Part shown: piece by piece, positions 40,914 through 48,161 of the stretch
How the letters are laid out: each line of letters begins with the position of its first letter
Position numbering within the stretch: the first letter of the stretch is position 1
DNA from: an uncultured Thermoleophilaceae bacterium
GTDB lineage: Bacteria; Actinomycetota; Thermoleophilia; Solirubrobacterales; Thermoleophilaceae
Assembly: GCA_963825775.1 (NCBI GenBank)
Contig: CAWGUV010000010.1
Location: 43,144 to 107,143, forward strand
DNA: 64,000 nt
Reading direction: 5' to 3'
Made by a program: the position numbers and the translations under genes
Notes under the pieces: model-generated
What the model saw: the letters and a program-made list of their open reading frames with translations, nothing else
What the model was told of the DNA's origin: nothing
Database searches by the model: none

Positions 40914-41477
40914 GTGGCCGAGGGCGGCTACGGCTCGGCCGGGGTCCAGGCGGTGGCGGCCCGCGCCGGTGTTGCCGTGGGCACGGTGTACCGCCACTTC
41001 CCCTCCAAGGCCGAGCTGTTCGCAGAGGTCTTCCGCATCGCCGCGCAGCGCGAGCTCGACGTGATGGCGCAGGTTGCCCGGCCGGACGACCGCACCGCCG
41101 CCGAACGCGCCGGGGCCGCCGCGGAGACGTTCTCGCGCCGCGCGCTGGCCGGCCCGGTGATGGCCTATGCCCTGATCGCCGAGCCGGTCGATCCCGCCGT
41201 GGAGAGCGAGCGCCTGAGGCTGCGCCGCGGGTACCGCGACGTGTTCGCGGGGCTGCTCGAGGAGGGCGTCGAGGCCGGCGACATGCGCCCGCACGACTCG
41301 CCCACCGTGGCCGCCGCCCTCGTGGGCGCGCTCGGCGAGGCGCTGGTCGGCCCGCTCTCCCCCGGCCGCCGCCGGCGCCGGGACGAGGCGCTGATCGCCT
41401 CGATCGTGGACTTCACACTGAACGCCCTACCGAGGAAGGAGCGCACCCATGACGGTGCTCGACATCAACACGCATGA
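40914..41477 (+). CDS. TetR family transcriptional regulator (N-terminus unresolved)
   Basis: HTH GSAGVQAVAARAGVAVGTVYRHFPSKAELF. The in-frame upstream sequence TEARKAATRERIVTAALEQV looks like TetR helix 1 but has no ATG/GTG/TTG. A GTG at 40810 lies in another frame, so a frame error or a non-canonical start is possible. Confidence 0.8.
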   Translation: MAEGGYGSAGVQAVAARAGVAVGTVYRHFPSKAELFAEVFRIAAQRELDVMAQVARPDDRTAAERAGAAAETFSRRALAGPVMAYALIAEPVDPAVESERLRLRRGYRDVFAGLLEEGVEAGDMRPHDSPTVAAALVGALGEALVGPLSPGRRRRRDEALIASIVDFTLNALPRKERTHDGARHQHA

Positions 41478-43029
41478 GGTTCTGAACCAGGCTCCGCCGC
41501 TCGTTCCCTACAACGTGTTCGAGGCCGACAACTCGATCCGCGACGCGCTGCCGCGCGAGGGAGGCGAGTGGGGCACCGACCGCCTGCGCGACATCGGCGC
41601 GCTGGCCGGTTCCGCCGAGGCTCACGAGCACTCCGAGCGCTGCGAGCGCAACGAGCCCGTCCTGCGCAGCCACGACCGCTACGGCAATCGCGTGGGCGAG
41701 GTGGAGCTCGACCCGTCGTGGCACTGGCTGCTGCGCGAGGCCATCGAGCGCGGCATCCACTCCCTCCCGTGGCGCGACCCCCAGCCCGGGGCGCACACCG
41801 TCCGCGCTGGGCTCATGTACATCTGGAACCAGGTGAACGGCGGCGTGATGTGCCCGGTGTCGATGACCTATTCCGTGATCCCCGCGCTGCGCGAGAACCC
41901 CGATCTCGCCGAGGAGTGGGAGCCGCGCCTGGTGCTCGAGGACTACGACAAGGGCGCGCTCGCCGGCATGGCGATGACCGAGAAGCAGGGCGGATCGGAC
42001 GTCCGGGCGAACACCACCCGCGCCGAGGAGCAGTCCGACGGCACGTATGAGATCACCGGCCACAAGTGGTTCTGCTCCTATCCGCCCTGCGACGTGTTCC
42101 TCACGCTCGCGCAGGCGCCGGCGGGCCTCTCGTGCTTCCTGATCGAGGGCCGCGACCCGGGCTTCCGCGTCCAGCGGCTGAAGGACAAGCTGGGCACACG
42201 CTCGCTGCCGTCGTCCGAGGTCGAGTTCCACGGCGTCCGCGGCCGACTGGTGGGCGAGGAGGGCCGCGGGGTGCCGACGATCATCCGCATGGTCAATCAC
42301 ACGCGCCTCGACTGCCTGATCGGCTCGGCCAGCTCGATGCGCTGGGGGACCGCCCATGCGGTCCATCACGCCCGCCACCGGTCCGCGTTCGGGAAGGTCC
42401 TCGCCGACCAGCCCGCGATGCAGAACGTGCTGGCCGACCTGGCCATCGAGTCCGAGGCGGCCACCGCCACCGCCATGCGCATGGCTCGCGCATACGACGA
42501 GGACAACTCGGCGTTCCGGCGCTTCGCCACCGCGGTGTCGAAGTACTGGGTCTGCAAGCGGGCGGCCCACCATGCGAGCGAGGCGCTCGAGTGCCTCGGC
42601 GGCAACGGCTATGTGGAGGAGTCGGGCATGCCCCGCCTCTACCGCGACGCCCCGCTGAACTCGATCTGGGAGGGCTCCGGCAACGTTGCCGCGCTCGACG
42701 TGCTCCGGGCCATGGTCAAGGAGCCGGAGGGGCTGCCGGCGTTCCTGGAGGAGGTCGAGGAGGCGGCGGGGGCGAACGCGCACCTGGACGCCCACCTGGC
42801 GCGGCTGAAGGACTCACTCGTGGCGGAGGACCCCCAGTTCGGCGCTCGCCGGACGGTGGAGGACCTCGGGGTGGCGCTGCAGGGATCCCTGCTCGTGCGC
42901 CACGCGCCGGCCGCGGTGGCGGACGCCTTCTGCGCGTCCCGTCTCGGCCGCGAGGGCGGCCAGGCGTTCGGCACGCTGCCCTCCGGCGTGGATGCGCCGG
43001 CGATAGTCGAACGAGCCCTGAACGTCTGA
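41449..43029 (+). CDS. aidB: AidB-type acyl-CoA dehydrogenase family protein
   Basis: 526 aa with GMAMTEKQGGSDVRANTTRAE, GHKWFCS, RLKDKLGTRSLPSSEVEF, GGNGYVEESGMPRLYRDAPLNSIWEGSGNV. This is colinear with E. coli AidB as I remember it. Confidence 0.85.
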   Translation: MTVLDINTHEVLNQAPPLVPYNVFEADNSIRDALPREGGEWGTDRLRDIGALAGSAEAHEHSERCERNEPVLRSHDRYGNRVGEVELDPSWHWLLREAIERGIHSLPWRDPQPGAHTVRAGLMYIWNQVNGGVMCPVSMTYSVIPALRENPDLAEEWEPRLVLEDYDKGALAGMAMTEKQGGSDVRANTTRAEEQSDGTYEITGHKWFCSYPPCDVFLTLAQAPAGLSCFLIEGRDPGFRVQRLKDKLGTRSLPSSEVEFHGVRGRLVGEEGRGVPTIIRMVNHTRLDCLIGSASSMRWGTAHAVHHARHRSAFGKVLADQPAMQNVLADLAIESEAATATAMRMARAYDEDNSAFRRFATAVSKYWVCKRAAHHASEALECLGGNGYVEESGMPRLYRDAPLNSIWEGSGNVAALDVLRAMVKEPEGLPAFLEEVEEAAGANAHLDAHLARLKDSLVAEDPQFGARRTVEDLGVALQGSLLVRHAPAAVADAFCASRLGREGGQAFGTLPSGVDAPAIVERALNV

Positions 43030-43167
43030 CGGCTGAGGTCTGAGGTCTGGCTGCACAACAGCCTGCAGCGCTTCGTAACTCCGCAGGCTCTCGGAGGAGG
43101 CCCGCCACCGCCCGCGAAGGGCGGGGGTACCCCAAGGAAGGGACCGATCCCGAAACAGGAGTAACGG

Positions 43168-44016
43168 ATGGCCTTCCGTGGGACGAAGCAAGTGTGCGGG
43201 CTCGCGATCGCACTGATCTGGGCGCCGGCCGCATCGGCGGGAGTGCCCCACATCGTCCAGCCCGGCGAGACCCTGTGGTCGATAGCCGCGGGGAACAACC
43301 TCAGCACCCGCTACCTGGCCGCCACGAACGGCCTGTCGGAGACGTCGAACGTGGTGCTGGGATCGACCCTGGATATCCCCACCACGTCCGCTCCGCCCCC
43401 GGCGGGGGCCTACACGGTGCGCCCCGGCGACACGCTCAGCGGCATCGCGGCCCGCGCAGGGGTCGGCACGGCACAGGTCGCAGCGATGAACGGCTTGGCG
43501 GCGGACACCCATGTCATCTCGGGCACCGCTCTGAGGCTGCCGGCCACCTCGGCCCCGGCCGCTGCTCCCAGTCCCGCTCCCACCCGGGCACCCGCCGCCG
43601 CCCCGCAGGCGACGGGCGGCAGCGTGACGGCGGGCCAGATCGGCCAGATCGCCGCCGACCACGGCGTCTCCCCCTCCCTCGCGTCGGCGATCGCCTGGCA
43701 GGAGAGCGGGTTCAACAACAACCTCGTTTCATCCGCGAACGCGCGCGGTGTGATGCAGATCCTGCCGGGCACGTGGTCGTGGGTGGAGGGCAACATCGCC
43801 CGCCGCCGGATCGACCCCGCGTCGCCCCAGGAGAACGTGCACGTCGGGGTGATGTACCTCGACCGCCTCATCCGCGACGCGGGCGGAGACGTAACCCGCG
43901 GCCTTGCTGGCTACTACCAGGGCCCGGCGTCGGTGGCGCGCAACGGACTGCTGCCTGATACCCAGCGCTACGTGGACAACGTGGAGGCGCTGCGCTCCCG
44001 CTTCGGCGGCGAGTGA
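43168..44016 (+). CDS. Secreted 2xLysM + lytic transglycosylase (SLT) domain protein
   Basis: Signal peptide, two LysM units (HIVQPGETLWSIAAGNN..., YTVRPGDTLSGIAARAG...), and an SLT catalytic block AIAWQESGFNNNLVSSANARGVMQILPGTW. Confidence 0.85.
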   Translation: MAFRGTKQVCGLAIALIWAPAASAGVPHIVQPGETLWSIAAGNNLSTRYLAATNGLSETSNVVLGSTLDIPTTSAPPPAGAYTVRPGDTLSGIAARAGVGTAQVAAMNGLAADTHVISGTALRLPATSAPAAAPSPAPTRAPAAAPQATGGSVTAGQIGQIAADHGVSPSLASAIAWQESGFNNNLVSSANARGVMQILPGTWSWVEGNIARRRIDPASPQENVHVGVMYLDRLIRDAGGDVTRGLAGYYQGPASVARNGLLPDTQRYVDNVEALRSRFGGE

Positions 44017-44864
44017 GATTCCGCGCGGCCCTCCTGGCCGCGACAGTCCTTGCGTTGAGCGCTTCCGCCGCGGATGCGGCGGGGCGGTCGAACGTGGCCG
44101 CCGTTCAGGTGGCGATGCGCGCGCACGGGCTCTACGGCTCCACCGTCGACGGCGTCTACGGGCCGAGCACCCGTGCCGCCGTGCGTGCGTTTCAACGCCG
44201 GCGCGGGTTGACGCGGGACGGCATCGCCGGGCCGCAGACCCTCCGCGCGCTCGGGCGCCGCGGCCGGCCCCGGCTCGGGCGCCGCGCGATCCGAGTCGGC
44301 GCAACGGGCTTCGACGTCGCCGCGCTGCAGTTCCGCCTGGCATGGCGCGGCTTCCCATCGGGGCCGATCGACGGCGGCTACGGACCCCGTTCCGCCGCCG
44401 CCGTGCGCCGGTTCCAGCGCTGGGCCGGGCTGGGTGCCGATGGGGTGGCGGGCTCGGCCACGATCCGCGCCCTGCGCCGCCCCATCCGCCGCTCCCCCGT
44501 CCGGCTGTCCCGGCCCGTCGCCGCCCCGATCGGCGACCGCTTCCGCCCGCGCGGCAACCGCTTCCACACCGGGCTCGACTTCCCGGCGCCGCGCGGGCGC
44601 AACGTGCGGGCCGCCCGGGCGGGAACGGTGATCACCGGGGGCTTCAACGCGGGCGGCTACGGCAACGCCGTCGAGATCTCCCACGGGTTGGGCGTCACCA
44701 CCTTCTACGCGCACCTGAGCCGGATCACCGTGCGGCGCGGCGAGCGGGTCGCCGGCGGCGAACGCGTCGGAACGGTGGGCTCCACCGGCTTCTCGACCGG
44801 CCCGCACCTTCACTTCGAGCTGCGCCTGCGCGGCGCGATGCTCGACCCGCTCACCGGCCTTTAG
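44013..44864 (+). CDS. Secreted peptidoglycan-binding (2x PG_binding_1) M23 metallopeptidase
   Basis: VDGVYGPSTRAAVRAFQRRRGLTRDGIAGPQT and IDGGYGPRSAAAVRRFQRWAGLGADGVAG repeats. M23 motifs HTGLDF and GSTGFSTGPHLHFEL. GTGA overlap with the upstream gene. Confidence 0.85.
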   Translation: MRFRAALLAATVLALSASAADAAGRSNVAAVQVAMRAHGLYGSTVDGVYGPSTRAAVRAFQRRRGLTRDGIAGPQTLRALGRRGRPRLGRRAIRVGATGFDVAALQFRLAWRGFPSGPIDGGYGPRSAAAVRRFQRWAGLGADGVAGSATIRALRRPIRRSPVRLSRPVAAPIGDRFRPRGNRFHTGLDFPAPRGRNVRAARAGTVITGGFNAGGYGNAVEISHGLGVTTFYAHLSRITVRRGERVAGGERVGTVGSTGFSTGPHLHFELRLRGAMLDPLTGL

Positions 44865-44874
44865 GCTCCCGCCC

Positions 44875-45756
44875 GTGGACACGGTGACCTACGAGGTCGA
44901 CGGCCGGATCGCGCGCATCACGCTGAATCGACCGGAGCGCGGTAACGGCATCACCCTCGCAATGCCGCGCGAGCTCGCGGAGTGCGTGGAGCGGGCGAAC
45001 CTGGACCCCGCGGTCCACGTGATCGCGCTGGCGGGCAACGGGAAGGGCTTCTGCGGCGGCTACGACCTCGTCGAGTCGGCCCAGGAAGGGATGACGTCGG
45101 GCGCCCAGGGACCGCCCGGCTCCCCCCTCGACCCCGCGGTCCAGGCGGCCAACCACAACCCCGCAGAGAACTGGGACCCGGTGGTGGACTGGCAGATGAT
45201 GAGCCGCAACCTGCGCGGGTTCATGTCGCTGTTTCACTCCGACAAGCCGACCCTCTGCAAGGTGCACGGCTTCTGCGTGGCGGGCGGCACCGACATGGCG
45301 CTGTGCAGCGACCTGCTGGTGATGGCCGAGGACGCGCGCATCGGCTACCCGCCGGCACGGGTGTGGGGCGTGCCGACCTCGATGATGTGGGCGCAGCGCG
45401 TCGGCCCCGCGCGCGCCAAGCAGCTGCTGTTCACCGGTGACCTGATCGACGGGAAGACGGCCCACGAGTGGGGGCTGGCGCTGAGCGCTCCGCCCGCCGG
45501 TGAGCTCGACGTGCGCTTCGAGGAGCTGCTCGATCGGATCTCGCAGACGCCGATCAACCAGCTGGTGATGATGAAGCTGACCGTGAACCAGGCCCTCTAC
45601 GCGCAGGGCCTCCAGGCCACGCAGACGCTCGGGGTGGTCTTCGACGGCATCGCCCGCCACACGCCGGAGGGCTATGCCTTCCAGGCGAAGGCGGCAGCCG
45701 AGGGCTGGCAGGCCGCCGTGCGCGAGCGAGACGAGCCGTACGGCGACGCGAAGTGA
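44875..45756 (+). CDS. Enoyl-CoA hydratase/isomerase (crotonase) family protein
   Basis: RITLNRPERGNGIT...VIALAGNGKGFCGGYDL...KVHGFCVAGGTDMALCSDL. Confidence 0.85.
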   Translation: MDTVTYEVDGRIARITLNRPERGNGITLAMPRELAECVERANLDPAVHVIALAGNGKGFCGGYDLVESAQEGMTSGAQGPPGSPLDPAVQAANHNPAENWDPVVDWQMMSRNLRGFMSLFHSDKPTLCKVHGFCVAGGTDMALCSDLLVMAEDARIGYPPARVWGVPTSMMWAQRVGPARAKQLLFTGDLIDGKTAHEWGLALSAPPAGELDVRFEELLDRISQTPINQLVMMKLTVNQALYAQGLQATQTLGVVFDGIARHTPEGYAFQAKAAAEGWQAAVRERDEPYGDAK

Positions 45757-46439
45757 GCGGCAGGGCGAGGTTCAGCCTTGGGATAGGCGCTGTCGCCCTC
45801 ATCGCCATCCTCGCCGTGGCGGTGCCCAAGATCGATTTCGGGAGCGACGACGACTCCTCCGACCCCGTCGCCGAGACGACTCCGCCGCCGGCCGAGCCGG
45901 AGAAGCCCGAGAAGCCGGAGCCTGAGAAGCCGGTGGAGCCCGCGAAGCCCACGCCCCCGTCCAGCCCCGACGACGTGAAGGGAAACGAGCAGCGCTCGCT
46001 CACCCGCCCCGCCAACTTCCGCAAGGCGCTGGCGGTGCTCGAGCGCAGGCGGCGAACGACCGAGGGTGTCTTCGACGGCCTGCGCGTGGCCCCGGGCCGG
46101 ATCGACACGACGATCGAGACGAAGACCCGGAGGATGACCCTGCAGGTGCGGACCGACTTCAAGATCGGCTTCTCCACCGACCACGAGTTCCCAAACCGGC
46201 CCGACTTCCGCCGCTACGGCATCGTGGCGAAGGACGTCGACGTGCGGGCGCCGGCCCAGATCCTCGAGCGCATCGACGGCGTGCGCAAGGGCGAGAGCGC
46301 GGCCAGGGACATCGATTACGTGGTGATCCGCCGCGACATCATCGACTTCAAGGTGAATGTCTCCGCTTTCCTGCGCACAGGGCCGCCCCCGCGCGCCTTC
46401 TCGCAGGAGCCGGGTGAGCCGTTCCGCGTAATCGGCTGA
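45753..46439 (+). CDS. Hypothetical membrane-anchored protein with Pro/Glu/Lys-rich linker
   Basis: GTG start (GTGA overlap), TM GIGAVALIAILAVAV and linker PPAEPEKPEKPEPEKPVEPAKPTPP. The C-terminal domain has normal composition. No family recognised. Confidence 0.5.
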   Translation: MSGRARFSLGIGAVALIAILAVAVPKIDFGSDDDSSDPVAETTPPPAEPEKPEKPEPEKPVEPAKPTPPSSPDDVKGNEQRSLTRPANFRKALAVLERRRRTTEGVFDGLRVAPGRIDTTIETKTRRMTLQVRTDFKIGFSTDHEFPNRPDFRRYGIVAKDVDVRAPAQILERIDGVRKGESAARDIDYVVIRRDIIDFKVNVSAFLRTGPPPRAFSQEPGEPFRVIG

Positions 46440-46457
46440 TACCGTCCCGGGGTCTAA

Positions 46458-46592
46458 TTAGTCAGCCGAATCCGCCTGCGTCCTGCGTCGGCGGTACGGG
46501 GGAACCAAGAGTTGGGGCGAGTCGGCCGCGAGCGGCCGTAGCGCGAGAGCGCAAGCCCGTCAGCTAACCCCGGAGGCTCAATCGAGAGGGTC
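46458..46592 (+). promoter_or_regulatory. Cyclic-di-AMP riboswitch (ydaO/yuaA class)
   Basis: Sequence blocks GCCGAAUCC, GGUACGGGGGAACC, UUGGGGCGAGUC and CCCGUCAGCUAACCCCGGAGGC appear in the order and spacing of the pseudo-two-fold ydaO motif. They closely resemble the crystallised Thermoanaerobacter c-di-AMP riboswitch sequence as I recall it. The element lies in the 162-nt gap directly upstream of an M23 peptidase gene. Confidence 0.8.
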
Positions 46593-46601
46593 TGAACGGT
46601 C

Positions 46602-47711
46602 TTGACGCACGCGTACGCGCGCGCAACAGCCACATCGGTCGTATTGCTCCTCGCCACAGCCGGCGCGGCCCACGGGTCGGGCACGGGCAGTGGTGGCGCC
46701 GCCATGCCCGGAGCGCCGAAGCTGCGCGCCGTGAAGTGCATGTCGTCCGCGGACCTCGCGTGCGCCTCGCGCAGCCGGCTCGTTCGCGGCGGCACGGTGC
46801 GCCTCGGAGGCAGCGACCTCGACCAGGCCGCGAAGGTCGTGTTCCTCGGCGGCCGCACCCGCCGCGACGACGCCGCCGTGAGGGTGCGCAAGCCGCGCGC
46901 CAACCGGATCGACCTCGAGGTGCCCGTCAAGGCGCGCAGCGGCCGCATCATGGTGGTGGACAAGCTCGGTCGCAGAACCACCACGAGGCGCTCCTACCGG
47001 GTCGGCCGCGCGCCCGCCATCGACGTCGCGCCTGGCTCCGGCTTCTTCTTCGGCGGGCGGCGCAAGCCCACGGTCACCTTCACCGCCCGCGCCGCCGGAC
47101 CCACGACGATCGAGGTCGTCCGCCCCGGCGACGCGTCGGTGCTCACCACCTTCCAACACACGGCCACGGCCGGGCGCAACGTCGCCACCTGGAACGGCAA
47201 GGTCGGCTCCAAGCCGGCGCCCAGCGGCGCCTACGCGTTCCGCATCGCCGGAGCGGCGATGGCCTCGCAGACGGGCGGCACGTTCGCCATGTACGACCAC
47301 CTCTTCCCCATCCGCGGCAAGCACGACCTCGGCCAGTCAGAGACCAACAACTTCGGCGGCGGTCGCGGTCATCAGGGCCAGGACAACTTCGCCCGCTGCG
47401 GCACCCGAGTCGCCGCCGCGCGCGGCGGCAAGGTCCAGTACGCGGGCTACCACGGCCGGGCCGGCAACTACGTGGTGATCGACGGCGCCGGCACCGGTGT
47501 GGACTACACCTACATGCACCTGCGCAAGCCGCCGCTGGTGAGCACCGGCCAGCATGTGTTCACCGGCCAGAAGATCGGCGAGGTCGGCGACACCGGCCGC
47601 GCCAGCGGCTGCCATCTGCACTTCGAGATGTGGAGCGCGCCGGGCTGGTACGAGGGCGGCAAGCCCTTCGACCCGCTGCCCTCGCTCCAGCGCTGGGACG
47701 CGTACAGCTAG
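46602..47711 (+). CDS. Secreted M23 family metallopeptidase with N-terminal Ig-like/FlgD-like domains
   Basis: TTG start and signal peptide SVVLLLATAGAAHG. M23 motifs GHQGQDNF and GDTGRASGCHLHFEMW. Confidence 0.85.
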   Translation: MTHAYARATATSVVLLLATAGAAHGSGTGSGGAAMPGAPKLRAVKCMSSADLACASRSRLVRGGTVRLGGSDLDQAAKVVFLGGRTRRDDAAVRVRKPRANRIDLEVPVKARSGRIMVVDKLGRRTTTRRSYRVGRAPAIDVAPGSGFFFGGRRKPTVTFTARAAGPTTIEVVRPGDASVLTTFQHTATAGRNVATWNGKVGSKPAPSGAYAFRIAGAAMASQTGGTFAMYDHLFPIRGKHDLGQSETNNFGGGRGHQGQDNFARCGTRVAAARGGKVQYAGYHGRAGNYVVIDGAGTGVDYTYMHLRKPPLVSTGQHVFTGQKIGEVGDTGRASGCHLHFEMWSAPGWYEGGKPFDPLPSLQRWDAYS

Positions 47712-47762
47712 CGCTCCCGCCCTTGCGGGATTAGGATCGCCAGACCCGATCGATGGAGGGTC

Positions 47763-47921
47763 ATGAGCGACGAGAAGCCTGGCCAGGAGCAGTACCACCC
47801 GCCGGAGGTGGAGACGATTCCCACCGACTCCGGCCCGTCCGTGACCGCGGCCGGCGACTCCCCGGCACAGGACGGCCAGGGCGGCGGCCCCGAGTGGCGC
47901 CCGACCGAGAAGGACGAATGA
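47763..47921 (+). CDS. Small acidic peptide, paralogue 1 (52 aa), candidate RiPP precursor
   Basis: Hand translation: MSDEKPGQEQYHPPEVETIPTDSGPSVTAAGDSPAQDGQGGGPEWRPTEKDE*. GGAGG lies just upstream. Its stop overlaps the next peptide's ATG (ATGA). It is not called in the ORF track. Confidence 0.6.
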   Translation: MSDEKPGQEQYHPPEVETIPTDSGPSVTAAGDSPAQDGQGGGPEWRPTEKDE

Positions 47922-48079
47922 GCGCGGAGAAGCCGGGCGAGGAGCAGTACGACCCGCCCGAGGTCGAGCAGATTCCCACGGACGCCGGCCCATCGGTCAC
48001 GGCCGCCGGCGACTCCCCTTCGCAGGACGACGTTCCCGGCGTCGAGTGGCGCCCGAGCGTTCCCCCGGACGAGGACTGA
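47918..48079 (+). CDS. Small acidic peptide, paralogue 2 (53 aa), candidate RiPP precursor
   Basis: MSAEKPGEEQYDPPEVEQIPTDAGPSVTAAGDSPSQDDVPGVEWRPSVPPDED*. This is the C-terminal part of track ORF 47753..48079. Confidence 0.6.
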   Translation: MSAEKPGEEQYDPPEVEQIPTDAGPSVTAAGDSPSQDDVPGVEWRPSVPPDED

Positions 48080-48161
48080 GGGCCGCCGCCTGCCGCGACT
48101 GATCGACGAGAGCTTCACCCTCCGCCGCCTGGCCCGGCGGGCGGGGTGGCGCACGAGCCAC

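Noticed and set aside
43030-43167. Second riboswitch or structured leader upstream of the LysM-SLT gene (hairpins gctgca-N8-tgcagc and ccgccc-gcgaa-gggcgg; tandem ctgaggt x2)
   Set aside because: None of the ydaO signature blocks (CCGAAUCC, ACGGGGAACC, CAGCUAACC) is present, and I recognise no other riboswitch class. The hairpins are equally well explained as the aidB terminator.
47763-48079. Lasso-peptide precursors (YxxPxV leader motif; GPSVTAAGD could give a Gly1-Asp9 macrolactam)
   Set aside because: No asparagine-synthetase-like lasso cyclase or transglutaminase-fold leader peptidase lies nearby. The Thr sits at -3 rather than the conserved -2 position. Paralogue 3 has Lys where the ring-forming Asp would be. 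I kept only the idea that the leader motif is RRE-compatible.
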